Source: Octopus bimaculoides
Taxonomy: Eukaryota
Direction: 5' to 3'
Assembly (NCBI RefSeq): GCF_001194135.2
Contig: NC_068984.1
Coordinates: 10,860,439 to 10,924,438, forward strand
DNA: 64,000 nucleotides
Shown here: positions 1-12,772 of the stretch, piece after piece
How the letters are laid out: the number at the start of each line of letters is the position of its first letter
Numbering within the stretch: the first letter of the stretch is position 1
Translations under genes and position numbers: made by a program
Notes under the pieces: model-generated
Database searches by the model: none
Seen by the model: the letters and a program-made list of their open reading frames with translations, nothing else
Told to the model about the DNA's origin: nothing

Positions 1-105
1 GACTGGAGCCTGGTGTTGCCATCCGGTTTCACCAGTCCTCAGTCAAATCGTCCAACCCATGCTAGCATGGAAAGCGGACGTTAAACGATGATGATGATGA
101 TGATG
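1..105 (+). mobile_element. RTE 3' UTR end with (GAT)n tail
   Basis: ggagcctggtg...ccaacccatgctagcatggaaagcggacgttaaacgatgatgat is the same tail as in the ORF-linked RTE copies. Confidence 0.8.
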
Positions 106-379
106 ATATATATATATAGATATATATGTATATGTATATATTCACATGTATACACACACACACACACATATATATATGTATATGTATGTATGTGTGTGTA
201 TATATATATGTGTTCGTTCCGTTGTCTGTAGTTCATTGTTCTAACGTCCTGTACCCTGATATGCATCTATACACACATGTAGATGAAAGTATATACATAT
301 ATGTGTGTATACATGCATATATATTTTTTGTATTATATATATATGTATGTATGTATATATATATAACAATATATATATA

Positions 380-450
<71 letters not shown>

Positions 451-984
451 TCACACGTATACACACATACTTTCTTTTAAATCACTTTTCTAAATGATTA
501 CACAATACATTTGGAGATATTAATGCTGCAAACTGTCTTTAGAGTGCAGTTCTCCAATTCTTCACTTCTAGAAGAAAAATAATTAAGGTAAAGAATTTTT
601 AATTAAGATAATGCAATCTACATAAAGCTTCCTACATCTCCTTTCACAGCCCCTTGGGGTAACATTATGGTTCTAAAAGCTTCTAACCTTGTTCAGTGAG
701 CAGTTTCCTTTCAACTGTACTAACATTATAACTGGAAATAGGTTTCACTGCAATTTTAAAAGATTTAGCTCCATGCTGTGAAAATTTGTATTTTTTGTGT
801 GGTAAGTAGATTGCTTACCAACCACATGGTTCTGGGTTCAGTCCCACTGTGTGGCACTTTGGGCAAATGTCTTCTGCTATAGCCTCGGGCTGACCAAAGC
901 CTTGTGAATGGATTTGGTAGACAGAAATTGAAAGAAGCCCGTCGTATAAGTGTGTGTGTGTATGTTTGTGTATCTGTGCAGTAC

Positions 985-1430
985 CGCCTGATTGGCACTC
1001 ATGCTAGTAGAACGTTAAAAGCACCATCCGAGTGTGATCGTTGCCAGTGCCGCTGACTGGCTCCTGTGCCGGTGGCACGTAAAAAGCACTATTCGAACGT
1101 GATTGTTGCCAGCGTCGCCTTACTGGCACGTGCCAGTGGCATGTGAAAAACAACATTCGACCATGGTTGTTGCCAGTGCCACCAGACTGGCTCCTGTGTA
1201 AAAACACCATTTTAAGCGTGGCCGTTGCCAGTACCGTGTGACTGGTCGTCGTGCTGGTAGCACATAAAAGCATCCACTACACTCTCAGAGTGGTTGGCAT
1301 TAGGAAGGGCATCCAGCTATAGAAACTTTGCCAGATCAGATTGGAGCCTGGTGCAGCCTTCTGGCTTTCAAGTCCTCAGTCAAACTATCCAACCCATGCC
1401 AGCATGGAAATCGGACGTTGAATGACAACG
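985..1430 (+). mobile_element. RTE 3' UTR copy containing four tandem units of about 63 bp
   Basis: Repeated taaaaagcac...gttgccagtgccgc.tgactggc..cgtgccggtggcacg units, then the aggaagggcatcc tail. Confidence 0.8.
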
Positions 1431-1864
1431 ACAAAGTGGATTGGTTTAACCATGCCCTGACACCTCCCTCTTCTCTCCTTTTCCATCTGGGATAGCCGTG
1501 TATCTCTTCTACTGCAAGACACATGTTTCGTCTCTCTACCATACTTTAGGCCCTCATTACCTGGCATAAAGCCACCTCCTCAGTTGAGTGGGAGGTGTCT
1601 TGTCTTGTCTTGTGAGTTACTTGGTGCTGGTGCTATGCTAAAGGTACTCAGCAGACTCTGAGAAATGGTTGGCATTAGGAAGGGTATCCAGCTGTAGAAG
1701 CCATACCAAAGCAGACATTGGAGCTCGATGCAATCCTCTGGTTCATAAGCTCTTATCAAACCATCCAACCCTTACCAACCTGGAAAAAAAAAAGGAACGG
1801 TAAATGATCATGATCATGATGAAATGTGACACGATGATGAGGGAGCCTATATGTGGTTGTCCAA

Positions 1865-2330
1865 TATACTAGATATAGCAGCTAAATCTCACTGAAATCA
1901 CATCTTACTGTTTGGGATGTAAAAAGGAAAAGTATACAATGGATAATGTAGTCTTGGATTATAAGATATCTGAGTAAGAGATGGGATGGTCATGGTTGGA
2001 ATATCTTTGGTCATAGGTCTACTAAACGACAACCAAAGATAGAGCTTCTGCATAGTTACTTCATTCACTAGAAATAGCAGCCAATGACCTTCTGCAAACA
2101 ATAGCAGATTTCCCTCAAATCGCACCCTATTTTCTGAAAAAAAAAATGTTTTTTTTAAATAAAGGAACACACTAGATAATGTAGCTCTAGATTACAACAT
2201 GTCGAAATAAAAGACATGCTGGTCATGGCTGGAAGGCCTTTGATGATTTAATTCTGTTCCTGTCAAGACTGTTCTGGGCTTAAAACACCCCCACCACCAC
2301 CACCAACAACAATAACAACAACAACCACAC
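1865..2330 (+). repeat. Two tandem copies of an unclassified repeat of about 230 bp ending in (AAC)n (family F)
   Basis: tagaaatagcagccaaatctccctcaaatc...ggataatgtagtc...ggtcatggctggaatgcctttgatcat motifs recur at about 8500-8560, 9000-9170 (-), 28020-28110 (-), 28735-28910, 29090-29160, 34620-34720, 48120-48200 (-) and 50640-50830. Confidence 0.65.
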
Positions 2331-2512
2331 ACAAATGAGAACCCAAACTGGATCATTGACTTTATTCATTAAGCATTTCCCATTAAAAACTAGAGACTAT
2401 TAATTAATTACATTGCAACAATGCTCTCCCTCCTCCTCACTCCTCTCTCTCTCCCTCTCACAACAACAATACTGTATCCGTTTCTATAGGAGTGTCTAAT
2501 TCTTCATTGGGG

Positions 2513-2544
<32 letters not shown>

Positions 2545-2590
2545 GGTTCCAACTTTCCATTCTTTTGTCAATTTATTCTCTACCCCCACC

Positions 2591-2948
2591 NNNNNNNNNN
2601 NNNNNNNNNNNNNNNNNNNNNNNNNNNNNNNNNNNNNNNNNNNNNNNNNNNNNNNNNNNNNNNNNNNNNNNNNNNNNNNNNNNNNNNNNNNNNNNNNNNN
2701 NNNNNNNNNNNNNNNNNNNNNNNNNNNNNNNNNNNNNNNNNNNNNNNNNNNNNNNNNNNNNNNNNNNNNNNNNNNNNNNNNNNNNNNNNNNNNNNNNNNN
2801 NNNNNNNNNNNNNNNNNNNNNNNNNNNNNNNNNNNNNNNNNNNNNNNNNNNNNNNNNNNNNNNNNNNNNNNNNNNNNNNNNNNNNNNNNNNNNNNNNNNN
2901 NNNNNNNNNNNNNNNNNNNNNNNNNNNNNNNNNNNNNNNNNNNNNNNN
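2591..2948. other. Assembly gap; others at 25283-25553, 26529-26933, 37586-37740, 41730-41966, 54515-54760, 57020-57081, 62089-62098 and 63247-63256
   Basis: Runs of N, mostly next to microsatellites or inside repeats. Confidence 0.98.
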
Positions 2949-3390
2949 TATATGCACATGTGCATGCATCACCATATATGCATGTGTATGTATGTGTGTG
3001 TGTATGTGTGTGTGAATATCTTTGTGTGCATGTGTGTCATTGAGGACATGTATCTGCATGTGTGTGTATGTATGTATCTGTGTGTGTGTGTATGTGTATG
3101 GAGTGATTCAAGATTGTTTGGAAACTGAATTGCAGTTGCTTCAATAAGGAACATTAGCTGCAGTTTATGCAACAACTGTAATGTAAACGTGCACAGGATG
3201 TAACTGAATATGCATATGTACATGTACATGCATATACAGGCGCAGCATGGTAAGAAGCCTGCATCCCAACCACATGGTTCCGGGTTCAGTCTCACTGTGT
3301 GGCACCTTGAGCAAGTGTGTTCTACTTTAGGCCTGGACCAACCAAAGTTTTGTAAGTAGATTTGGTTGACGGAATCTGAAAGAAGCTTGT

Positions 3391-3422
<32 letters not shown>

Positions 3423-3974
3423 GCTTAAATGGTGCTTATTACATGCCACCTGCACAGGAGCCAGTCCAATGTTTTGTTCACATGCCACCGGCATGAGTGC
3501 CAGTAAGGCGAAGCTGGAAACGATCGCGCTCAAATGGTGCTTTTTACGTGCCACCAGTACAGAAGCAAGACTGCTGCTCTGGCAGTGATCCTGCTCAGAT
3601 GGTGATGTTAGCACTATATATACAAATTATAAAAATAACTTCACAGGTTTTCATGTATACCGGGGGTATTTGGAACATCACACCCGTGATAGTCAAGGGA
3701 TTACTGTGTTACTCATTTTTACTGGTTGTGTGGACTGGAGCAACAGAAAAAAAAAAGTGTCTTGCTCATGGGACACAAAGCATCACCAGGTGTTGAAATC
3801 ATGACCTTATGATCTTGAGCTCAATACCTTAACCACTTACCTATGTGCCTTTATAGATATATGAAGGCTTGTACACGCCACTTCACACACACATACACAC
3901 GACTGAGTAATAATATCGAAGCAGTCATCAATAGGCCTAGGTATATACCTACCCCTTTTCCCCATTTTTTAAAT

Positions 3975-4360
3975 TTTTATTTTAAGAGGGGGTAACCACA
4001 ACAAGACCCACACTAGGCATTCCATTCATTTCCCTGGGTATGACTATAAACTACATCCGGTAGTGGGACCCTGGGGCCCTGGTTTCAGGGTTTGAGGCGT
4101 GTGGAACCACTTCTTAGCCTCTATTGTTCCCCGGTCTACTCTGGCCTAGAGTGGCAGTACCTGTAAGGGTCCCAGCTATGGGTTAACTAGCCCCCCCCCC
4201 TGTGAACTGCAGTGGGGGGGGATCAGTAGAATGCAGTTGCTGTATTCCCTGCATGGCGTACGATGTGACAAAAAGGGACAGGAGTAAGGGGAATGGGTAT
4301 CTTCTACCCCTAGTAAATCCATATTCCTAAAAAGGCAGCAAGAAAAAGACAAGGGGGTAG
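3975..4360. repeat. GC-richer unclassified repeat-like island
   Basis: About 50% GC against an AT-rich background, with no supportable ORF. Confidence 0.3.
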
Positions 4361-4960
4361 GAGAAGGTTATAAAAAAAAAGGGATTTGAAAATTTTTTTG
4401 GTATTATTTATTCACCATTGCATCATATTTTATTTGATTCCTTGACTGAAGAATTTCTAATAGGAGATAACTTACATGTTTTCTCCAACATGTACAGTTT
4501 TTCTAACTCCTGTTAGCAAACGAAACATGTGTAATGGTGAATAAATGGTACTAAAAAAAAATTTCCCATCTCCTGATAACACAAAACACACATACAGAGA
4601 TATGGCTACTTGCCTAATACACACACACGCACACACACATAAATGAAACACATGCAAACATGTGTAGCATTTTTCTTCAGCAAATACATTGTCAAAATCT
4701 TTGCTGACAATAAGATCGCCAAATAATCTGATAACACAATATTTGATAATATAATATTTACTTTCAAAGATATCAAATTAGTCTTATCTAATTCCATTTA
4801 ATTAGTGAAATGCACACAGAGGAGATATATTTTCTGTTATAACCCACTGTGGGAGTGGTTATGTTCTGGTTAGCAGAAACTCTTTAGTTTTATGAGCAAA
4901 CTGCAACTCAGTACATATGTACTGAGAAAAATTATGAAGCATTCTTTGTAACAAATTCAT

Positions 4961-5354
4961 AGGTGCAGGAGTGGCTGTGTGGTAAGTTGCTTGCTTACCA
5001 ACCACATGGTTCCGCGTTCAGTCTCACTGCGTGGCACCTTGGGCAAGTGTCTTCTACTATAGCCTCAGGCCGACCAAAGCCTTGTGAGTGGATTTGGTAG
5101 ACAGAAACTGAAAGAAGCCCATCGTATATATGTATATATATATATGTGTGTGTTTGTGTGTCTGTGTTTGTCCCCCTAGCATTGCTTGACAACCGATGCT
5201 GGTGTGTTTATGTCCCCGTCACTTTGCGGTTCGGCAAAAGAGACCGATAGAATAAGTACCAGGCTTACAAAGAATAAGTACTGGGGTCGATTTGCTCGAC
5301 TAAAGGCGGTGCTCCAGCATGGCCACAGTCAAATGACTGAAACAAGTAAAAGAG
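4961..5354 (+). mobile_element. tRNA-derived SINE family A, full-length (CORE-like box, internal microsatellite)
   Basis: A-box-like TGGCTGTGTGG and B-box-like GTTCAGTCTC, CORE-like ggcaccttgggcaagtg, internal (TA)/(TG)n, tail ...agtcaaatgactgaaacaagtaaaagag. Resembles the described octopus tRNA-SINEs (from memory; family name not assigned). Confidence 0.85.
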
Positions 5355-5773
5355 AAAGGTTGTGTATATCTTAGATTAAATTACTCTTTTAACATGTTGG
5401 CTCCCACACGTCCTGCCGGTAGGTCATGGTGGTATGTTAGGGAGTCCCGTCCAACCCACCAGCAGGTCGTTGTTTAATTTCTTTACTATGGACTTTCTGA
5501 GAGGTTTGGTATAGTGTAAAAATGTTACGCCACTCATGTCAAAATTAATCAAGATATCGTATTGGGACCCCTGGGATAAAACGTAAAATGAGGCTCGGGA
5601 GCCAATGTGTTGATGTCCACTTTTCCATGCTGCACGGGTCTGATGGCTTAAAAAAGTTTACTGGGGTCAATTGGTTTGGCTAAATCCTTCAGGGTGGTAC
5701 CCCCAGCATGGCAGCAGTCTAATAACTGATACCAGTAAAAGATAAAAGATATAAATACACACACACACACACA

Positions 5774-5817
<44 letters not shown>

Positions 5818-5896
5818 TCAGAAGTGAAATGAAGATGTGATTGACATTTTCAGCTTGAAACCATTTCTAATACTTCTTGATCTCTTTTACCTGCAG

Positions 5897-6191
5897 GTAA
5901 TCACTACGGAACACCAAAACCTCCTAAAGAACCTAATGTAGTTCACGTACGGCGCACAGGGTCGGCTGGAAGTTTACTTTTTGGAAACAGTAATCAAGGT
6001 GAAACAAAACGGAAGTTGCCTAGTAATTCAGAAATGTCATCTTCTAAATCTTCACTGCCCCCATTCAGAGACAATGTTCCTGTGATACGACAACGGTCCT
6101 TGGAAAAAGCACGAAGCTCTTCGAATCTTGGCCCTTTACCTGGAAATTGGGAAACTGCTTACACTGCTGATGGCCAGCAATATTTTATAAA
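5897..6191 (+). CDS. MAGI: Internal coding exon of a MAGI-family scaffold (membrane-associated guanylate kinase with WW and PDZ domains): GK-domain end, linker and N-terminal half of WW1
   Basis: Acceptor tctcttttacctgcag ends at 5896 and donor gtaagt starts at 6192. The frame is open (phase 1 in, phase 2 out): (G)NHYGTPKPPKEPNVVHVRRTGSAGSLLFGNSNQGETKRKLPSNSEMSSSKSSLPPFRDNVPVIRQRSLEKARSSSNLGPLPGNWETAYTADGQQYFI(N). GNHYGTPKPP matches the MAGI GK end GNYYGTPKPP, and LGPLPGNWETAYT..G..YFI matches MAGI WW1 LGPLPENWEMAYT..GEVYFI (recalled, no BLAST). The ORF track misses it because the in-frame ATG gives fewer than 60 aa. Confidence 0.93.
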
Positions 6192-8376
6192 GTAAGTAGG
6201 ATAATGCATTTGTGTGTGTGTGTGTGTGTTCTTTGGGTTTAAGAGAATAATAACAGCGACCAGCACTGGCTGCAATATCTTGTCTCACAGAAACTTTTCA
6301 AAGAGACTTGTGGGTTACAAATACAGGACTTCTAGCAGAATTCCAGTGGATTATCAGATACAGGTGTTTTGACTTGATTTGGTCTTCTCAGTAATGAACA
6401 TTCTGGATGTTCTGAGCCAACCCGAAATGCTTTCTCCAATACAGAAAGTAACAGATAAAACATTAACTCATTTGTGCAAAAGCTATAGATTAAACCACCA
6501 GTGTGTATACCATTATGTATATGTTTAACAAGGAACATCATATATATGTGTGTGTGTGTGTCTATCTATGTATATTTGTATATGTTTTTGTTTTTTTTTT
6601 CTCATCATATGTTGGATATATCAACTCGAATTCTTGAAGGAGCCATTTTATATTCAAACTGTATTCTCTGTGTCTGCTAGACTTCAATTATGTCTCAGTT
6701 TAAGCAGATTGTGGGAAATAAGAAACTGTTTTGGTTTTTTTTTAATCTCAAAACATGATAAAATATCTTTGGAAAGAACTAAATCCAGATTTATACATCT
6801 GATTAAATGGAAAGGAAAATTAAGATGGCCACTTGTTTACTGAGAACACTAACAATATTTGTTAAATGATTCCCTCTGGCAATTAAAATTGAATCGCAGT
6901 TATGATTTTGGAAAAAATATCTTAGAATCTAGCTTTGCACCTGATACATTGTAGCAATTAAGAACTATTCTATACTTCAACCTAAGGCAAAGAATTCACT
7001 TTGTAGATTCCATTACACCAAAACCTTTGTCCGTTACATAAACAAATCTCATGTAATCTCAAAATTTTAGACATAGAGTTGACAATGGACCAGATCCTGC
7101 AACACATTTTCCTGTATCTATCTTCGTCATCTTAATCAATTTTGGAAGAATTGATTTTAGCAGATATTTTTTTTTTTGATATCTTTTATTGATTAATAGT
7201 TTCAATAAAAACAAAGAATGCCAACAAAAAAAAAAAAAGCACAAAGCAAAAAGAAACTGGAATGGTACTAATCAGATCCAGTATTCTTTACTGCTTGTTG
7301 TACAATATATTTCCATTACAGCCTAGAAGCATCTCTCAACGAATAACTACTACTATAACCAATGCCACTACCATTATTACTTCAACCACCACGACCACCA
7401 CTACTATGATTACTACTTGTGCTATTACTACTACTACTACTACAACTATAGAATGTTTCTTTCTTTTCAGCCATGTTGTTATTATTTTTAATGAGAGAGA
7501 AATATCTTCTTGAGAAGCATGTCTGTATGAACCAAAACCATTGGAAAATATTACTTCAAAATTTTTACATCATTAAATTTTACAAGATTTTATTAGTTTT
7601 TTTTAGTTTGTTTTTGGTCTCAAATGAGATAAAATTGTATAATATCTGGAATTTATTTATTTATATATCAATTTATTAATTTTCCAGAATTTTTTTTTTT
7701 TTTTGATTCGATAAGATGAGCAAATTTAAAATACGTCTAGCACATGATACATCATTATTTCATATTGACTCTTCTTGCACATCTGTGAGAGTTCATTCCT
7801 CTGCACAATTTCAACCATATTTCAAAATGATAAAAAAAGAAATGACCTTTCTCCAACCCCTTGATTCAATGATGATTTCATCATCACCATTTAACATCCG
7901 TATTCCATGCTGGCATGAACTGGGTCGTTCAACAGGCCCCAATGAGCTTGAGGGTTTGTATCAAACACCAGTGTCTGCTTTGGCTGGGTTTCTACAGCCA
8001 GATGCCCTTCCTAATGCCAACCACTTTACAGAGTGTACTGGGTGCTTTTTGTTGTGAGGTCACCAAGTAACTTGCGAGAAAAGACCCCTTGGTAGCTTGT
8101 ACCCTACTTTTGCTAATTGGTTTAAGCGCCTGTATAGTCAGAAGCAAACACAGACATCCCTTTTGGCTCCCTACTCAACTGGTATTTATTTCGGCTGAGT
8201 GAACTGGAACAACATGGAATCGAATGAACTAACCAAAAACACAATGTGCAACAGATTCAAGTATTGAACCTGCAGCCTTATGATTGTGGGTTCAGCACCC
8301 TCACCACTAACCCACATATATATAATGAAAACACACTCACATACAATCGTTAAAGTTAGCCTAAACTATTCTCTTT

Positions 8377-8414
<38 letters not shown>

Positions 8415-9175
8415 CATCCACCAAATTCCCTCGAATCCCTGCTTGTCTTGAAAAAGAGTGCAGAATGGATAATGCAATTATAAAATATACACTAAGATAG
8501 GATGGGCACGACTGGAATGCCTTTGGTCAGAGAACTAGAGCTAAATGACCACGACAACAACTGATACTATTTGATCAATCAGATGAGGCAAGGGTTAAAA
8601 TTGCAGCATACTTGTACAGGGTTTGAACTCAGAACCTTAAGAAGGTAAACTTATACGTTGTAGAATATTTTGTTTGGCTTTGTAATTGTAGTTTCACTGT
8701 GTTAATTGAATACAGCAATTTGGTGAAGTTAGATGACTACAGTTACCTCCCTTACTATCCCTTTCCATTTTTAATAACTAAATCTTGACTATTTACTAAA
8801 ATACCAACATTCGTGTGATTTGAATCTTTCTTTTCTGATTTGCATGTTTTAGGATAGTTAAATGACTGCTTTGTAACTTGTTTCTAAGTAGATATTTTAA
8901 ACGTTAATGTCATCAAGATGGTTACATTGAAAGACGTCTGGGACCCTCAGACAATCATCACATGACCAAAGGAAAACATGTTGTTGTGCACTTATGTCCT
9001 GTTGAACCTGTTCTACTGTCGTTGTTTAGCTACAGGTCAGCTCTAATCGAGCAGACTTGTGATCAAATGGTTTCCTACAATGACTATCCTGTCTTCTTTT
9101 TAGACATTGTGTATCTAGGGAGATTTAGCTTCTATATCTAACAGATCGGGTCACTGTATTAGAGGCTTCTTTATT

Positions 9176-9600
9176 CTTTTCTACTCTAAGCACAAGGCCC
9201 GTAATTTGGGTGGAGGGGGCCAGTCGATTAAATCAACCCAGTATGCAACTGGTACTTAATTTATTGACCCTGAACGGATGAAAAGCAAAGTCAACCTCGG
9301 CGGAATTTGAACTCAGAACATAAAGACAGACGAAATACTGTTAAGCATTTGGCCCAGCGTGCTAACTATTCTGCCAGCTCACCACCTTAAGAATATATTC
9401 TTTTCTACTCTTGGCACAAGGCCCGAAATTTTGGGGGAGGGGCCAGTTGATTAGATCAACCTCAATATGCAACTGGTGCTTGATTTATCAACCCTGAAAA
9501 GATGAAAGGCAAAGTCGACCTCGGTGGAATTTGAACTCAGAACGTAAAGACAGACGAAATACCACAAAGCGTGCTAACGTTTCTGCCAGCTCACCACCTT
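9176..9600 (-). mobile_element. Two tandem SINE family B copies (9176-9388 and 9397-9600)
   Basis: Same motifs, duplicated head-to-tail. Confidence 0.8.
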
Positions 9601-9684
9601 TGCTTCTTTTTTATACATAGCTTATTTATTATTTAGGAGCCAATATCTATAAACTTAATCATTGTTCTGTAGTAAAACATAGGT

Positions 9685-9868
9685 GTTGGTATGGGTGTGT
9701 GATTATAAGCTCACTTTGCAACCACATGGTTTCAGGTTCAATCCCACTTCATGGCACCTCAGGCAATTGTCTTCTTTTATAACCTCAGGTTGACCAATGC
9801 TTTGCATGTGAATTTAATTGATGAAAGCTGTTTAGAACCCCCTCTTGTGTGTGTGAGAGAGAGAGGGA

Positions 9869-9899
<31 letters not shown>

Positions 9900-9928
9900 T
9901 GAGTGTGTGTGTGAGAGAGAGAGAGAGC

Positions 9929-9959
<31 letters not shown>

Positions 9960-10160
9960 TATTTGTTCCCTCACTGCTTGACAACCTGAATTTGTTTCTG
10001 TCCCATGTAACTTAGTAGTTTGACAAAAGAGATTGATAGAATAATTACCAGGCTTAAAAATAAAATAAGTTCTGGGGTTGATTCATTTGACTAAAAAAAC
10101 TCTTCAAGGCAGTACCCCAGCATGGCCACAGTCCAGTAACTGAAACAAACAAAAGTAAAA
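9685..10160 (+). mobile_element. SINE family A
   Basis: Diverged head and tail with an expanded internal (TG)/(GA)n. Confidence 0.75.
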
Positions 10161-10984
10161 TCCATTATCTCATCTTTAAACTTATCCCAAACTGTTCTCA
10201 TTCGCCTCTCATTTTCTTCCTACAGCTGCTGCCTTTAACACACACACACACATTATCTCCATGTACTTCCCACCTACATAGAACTTAAAAGTGGTGAATG
10301 TGTTTATTTTTAACCAACAGAAATGGTGGGGTTACTTCCCTTCTCACGTAAACGAAATAAAATATTAATATTCCACAGCCAAATCCGTTTATATTTTGTT
10401 AGGTGTCTTAGAGGGACCGTTTCTGTGAATTTAAAATATTCCACAACTAGCCTGAGATCAAGAATTTAAAGAGTTTCAAATACCAATCTACTAACCAGAA
10501 AGTAACATGTTAAAATCTTAAAATCAAAACTGAATTTGACTCTAACTTTACAGTTAATTGTATAAATACAAGAATTACGGTATGAAAGACACATGTTAGC
10601 CCTCAGAAAACGCACAGAGACTTTAACTTCACTTAAACGTTTATTGATTTGGTATCTACTCTGAATGTCTTGCTTCTTGGACATGGACACGTTAAGGCTC
10701 CAACGTTTTGATGAACGCTCACAAGATACTCCACCATCTTTCAACAACCTTTGTTGCTTTTTTATATTCCATATGTCTAACACCCGTGGACTGCTTACAA
10801 AATCGATAAACAACACAGTACCCATGACTTTCGGAAACGTTTATTTATGCTCAGAATTGCTGAAGCGTGAAATAAATTATACCCATTGGTAGTTGGCTGT
10901 CAGGACATGAAGTCCTTCAAATCTTCAATGTTTCCTGAAACTCGCCAGCAGTGGGCCCTATGTAACCCCCTTTTTTTTTTTGCC

Positions 10985-11095
10985 ACTGTTCACTTCCTGT
11001 GCATCACTCTATGTACTGTGCTTGCACTTTCGGCTACTTTTTCCTGATGACTTGCAGTGCACCTGAATACTATATGCAATAAGTTCATTATTATA
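10985..11095. repeat. Unclassified interspersed repeat of about 110 bp, with an inverted copy at 40230-40335
   Basis: The segment catcag(g)aaaaagtag...gtacataga..atgcacaggaagtgaacagtg is shared. Confidence 0.6.
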
Positions 11096-11394
11096 AATGA
11101 TTAAATGAAGTTAACAGTCATTGTGTGTTTTTGAATGGCTAATAGGTCTCTTTCATACAGTAATTGTTTTAACTCCAACGCACAGTCTCAGATCAAATCA
11201 CTTGCCAGACAAGTACATCTCCAGAGTAGAGGACAATTTAAAAGTAAAAATAGATTGAAATCACATTTGTTTGATTCAGTAAAACTTTTGTGTACAACTT
11301 GTATTTATTGTATCATGATTTCTGCAAGTAACACATTATTACGATGACTGTGGTTTAACTGAATGATTTCGTTCAATGATGAAAAACTTGTTCT

Positions 11395-11631
11395 TCTACT
11401 CCTGTGCCAGTTTCTGTCATGGACTGTGGCCATGCTGGGGCACCAGTTTCAAAGGTTTTGGTTAATCATATTTATTCCTAGTGTTTATTTTAGTTTGGTA
11501 CATATTGTATTTACATTTGTTTGTCAAATTGCTAAGTTAACTTTTCATAATAAAGAAATGCCACTTAACACACTGTTTTACAGCAGAAGACACTGACACC
11601 AGACACATGCAAACACATACACATATTTATG

Positions 11632-11680
<49 letters not shown>

Positions 11681-11820
11681 CAGGCATCCACACAGTTTCT
11701 GTCTGGAATTCCTCCATCAAGACATTGGCTAATCTGTGGTTAAGGTGGAAGACATTTACCCAAGACATATCTTATGCTCAAACCCAGATCAATGTGATTA
11801 TGGAGTGAAGTTTTTAACTA
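11395..11820 (-). mobile_element. SINE family A (diverged)
   Basis: Reverse-complement tail, internal (CA)n and head remnants. Confidence 0.6.
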
Positions 11821-11928
11821 CATTGTTTCAAACTTGTCTCATATAATTTGGCCAGATGTGTGTAGAAGTGACAATAATAAATGTGTTTCCATGTTGTTAT
11901 TGTTCCTGTTTAATATTTCTACTTAATT

Positions 11929-12148
11929 AAGGCAGCGAGCTGGTAGAAACATTAACATGCTGGGCGAAATGCTTAGCGGTATTTCATCTGTCTTTACGTT
12001 CCAAGTTCAAATTCCACCAAGGTCGACTTTGCCTTTCATCCTTTCGGGGTCAAGAAATTAAGTACCGGTTGCATACTGGGGTCAATCTAAACATCTTGCC
12101 CCCTCCCCACAAAATTTCAAGCCTTGTGCTTAGAGTAGAAAAGAATAT
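11929..12148 (+). mobile_element. SINE family B
   Basis: Same head and central motif. Confidence 0.8.
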
Positions 12149-12503
12149 TTCTGGCTAGTCCTATTACAACAGAGGCTGACAACAGTGACCACTTCTGCAG
12201 ATTATTGCAGTGATTCCTGTACACTTAGGCCTGATTATCATTCTCAATATTGCTTTGGTAATCCATTTGCAAAGATAGCATTTAATGTTGTCACTATTTT
12301 GGCAGAAAGTCAGATACTGCTGTGAGAACGATGTATTGAATGCAAGAAGCATTTCAACTCACAGCCAATAGGTATTTAGCATTCGGTATTTAATACAGAG
12401 GATACCTAGTCATGCTTGTGTGTAGTATATTCCATTGACATGCGTATCGTGTGAGTGCATGAGTATATATATACGTGTGTATAGGTATATATGTACATGA
12501 AAA

Positions 12504-12543
<40 letters not shown>

Positions 12544-12741
12544 TATGTAAATGTGTATGAAAATATATGTATATGTGTGTGTATGTATGTATATGTGCAC
12601 ATGTGTGTGTGTGTGTATATCCCCTTAGTACTATTCTCCACCTCCCAGTTGAAGGGTGTTTGTCTTGCAGAAACACACCAGCACCAGTTGTCAAGCAGTG
12701 ATTGGAGAGAAGCGCAAACACAAAGACACCCACACATAGAT

Positions 12742-12772
<31 letters not shown>

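Noticed and set aside
81-497. Long ORFs rich in YI, HT, VC or SL dipeptides here and throughout the track, and X-filled ORFs
   Set aside because: They are translations of (TA)n, (CA)n, (TG)n and (CT)n microsatellites or N-gaps.
1015-1275. CRISPR-like repeat array
   Set aside because: The units are contiguous and degenerate with no unique spacers, lie inside an RTE 3' UTR, and have no cas genes nearby in a eukaryotic context.
4961-5035. tRNA genes at SINE heads
   Set aside because: A/B boxes are present but no full cloverleaf, and each head is fused to a SINE body.
11043-11075. CTGATGA here and at 40280-40290 (-), 42693, 44882, 47920 (-) and 50600 as hammerheads
   Set aside because: None has a stem II followed by GAAA and stem III.
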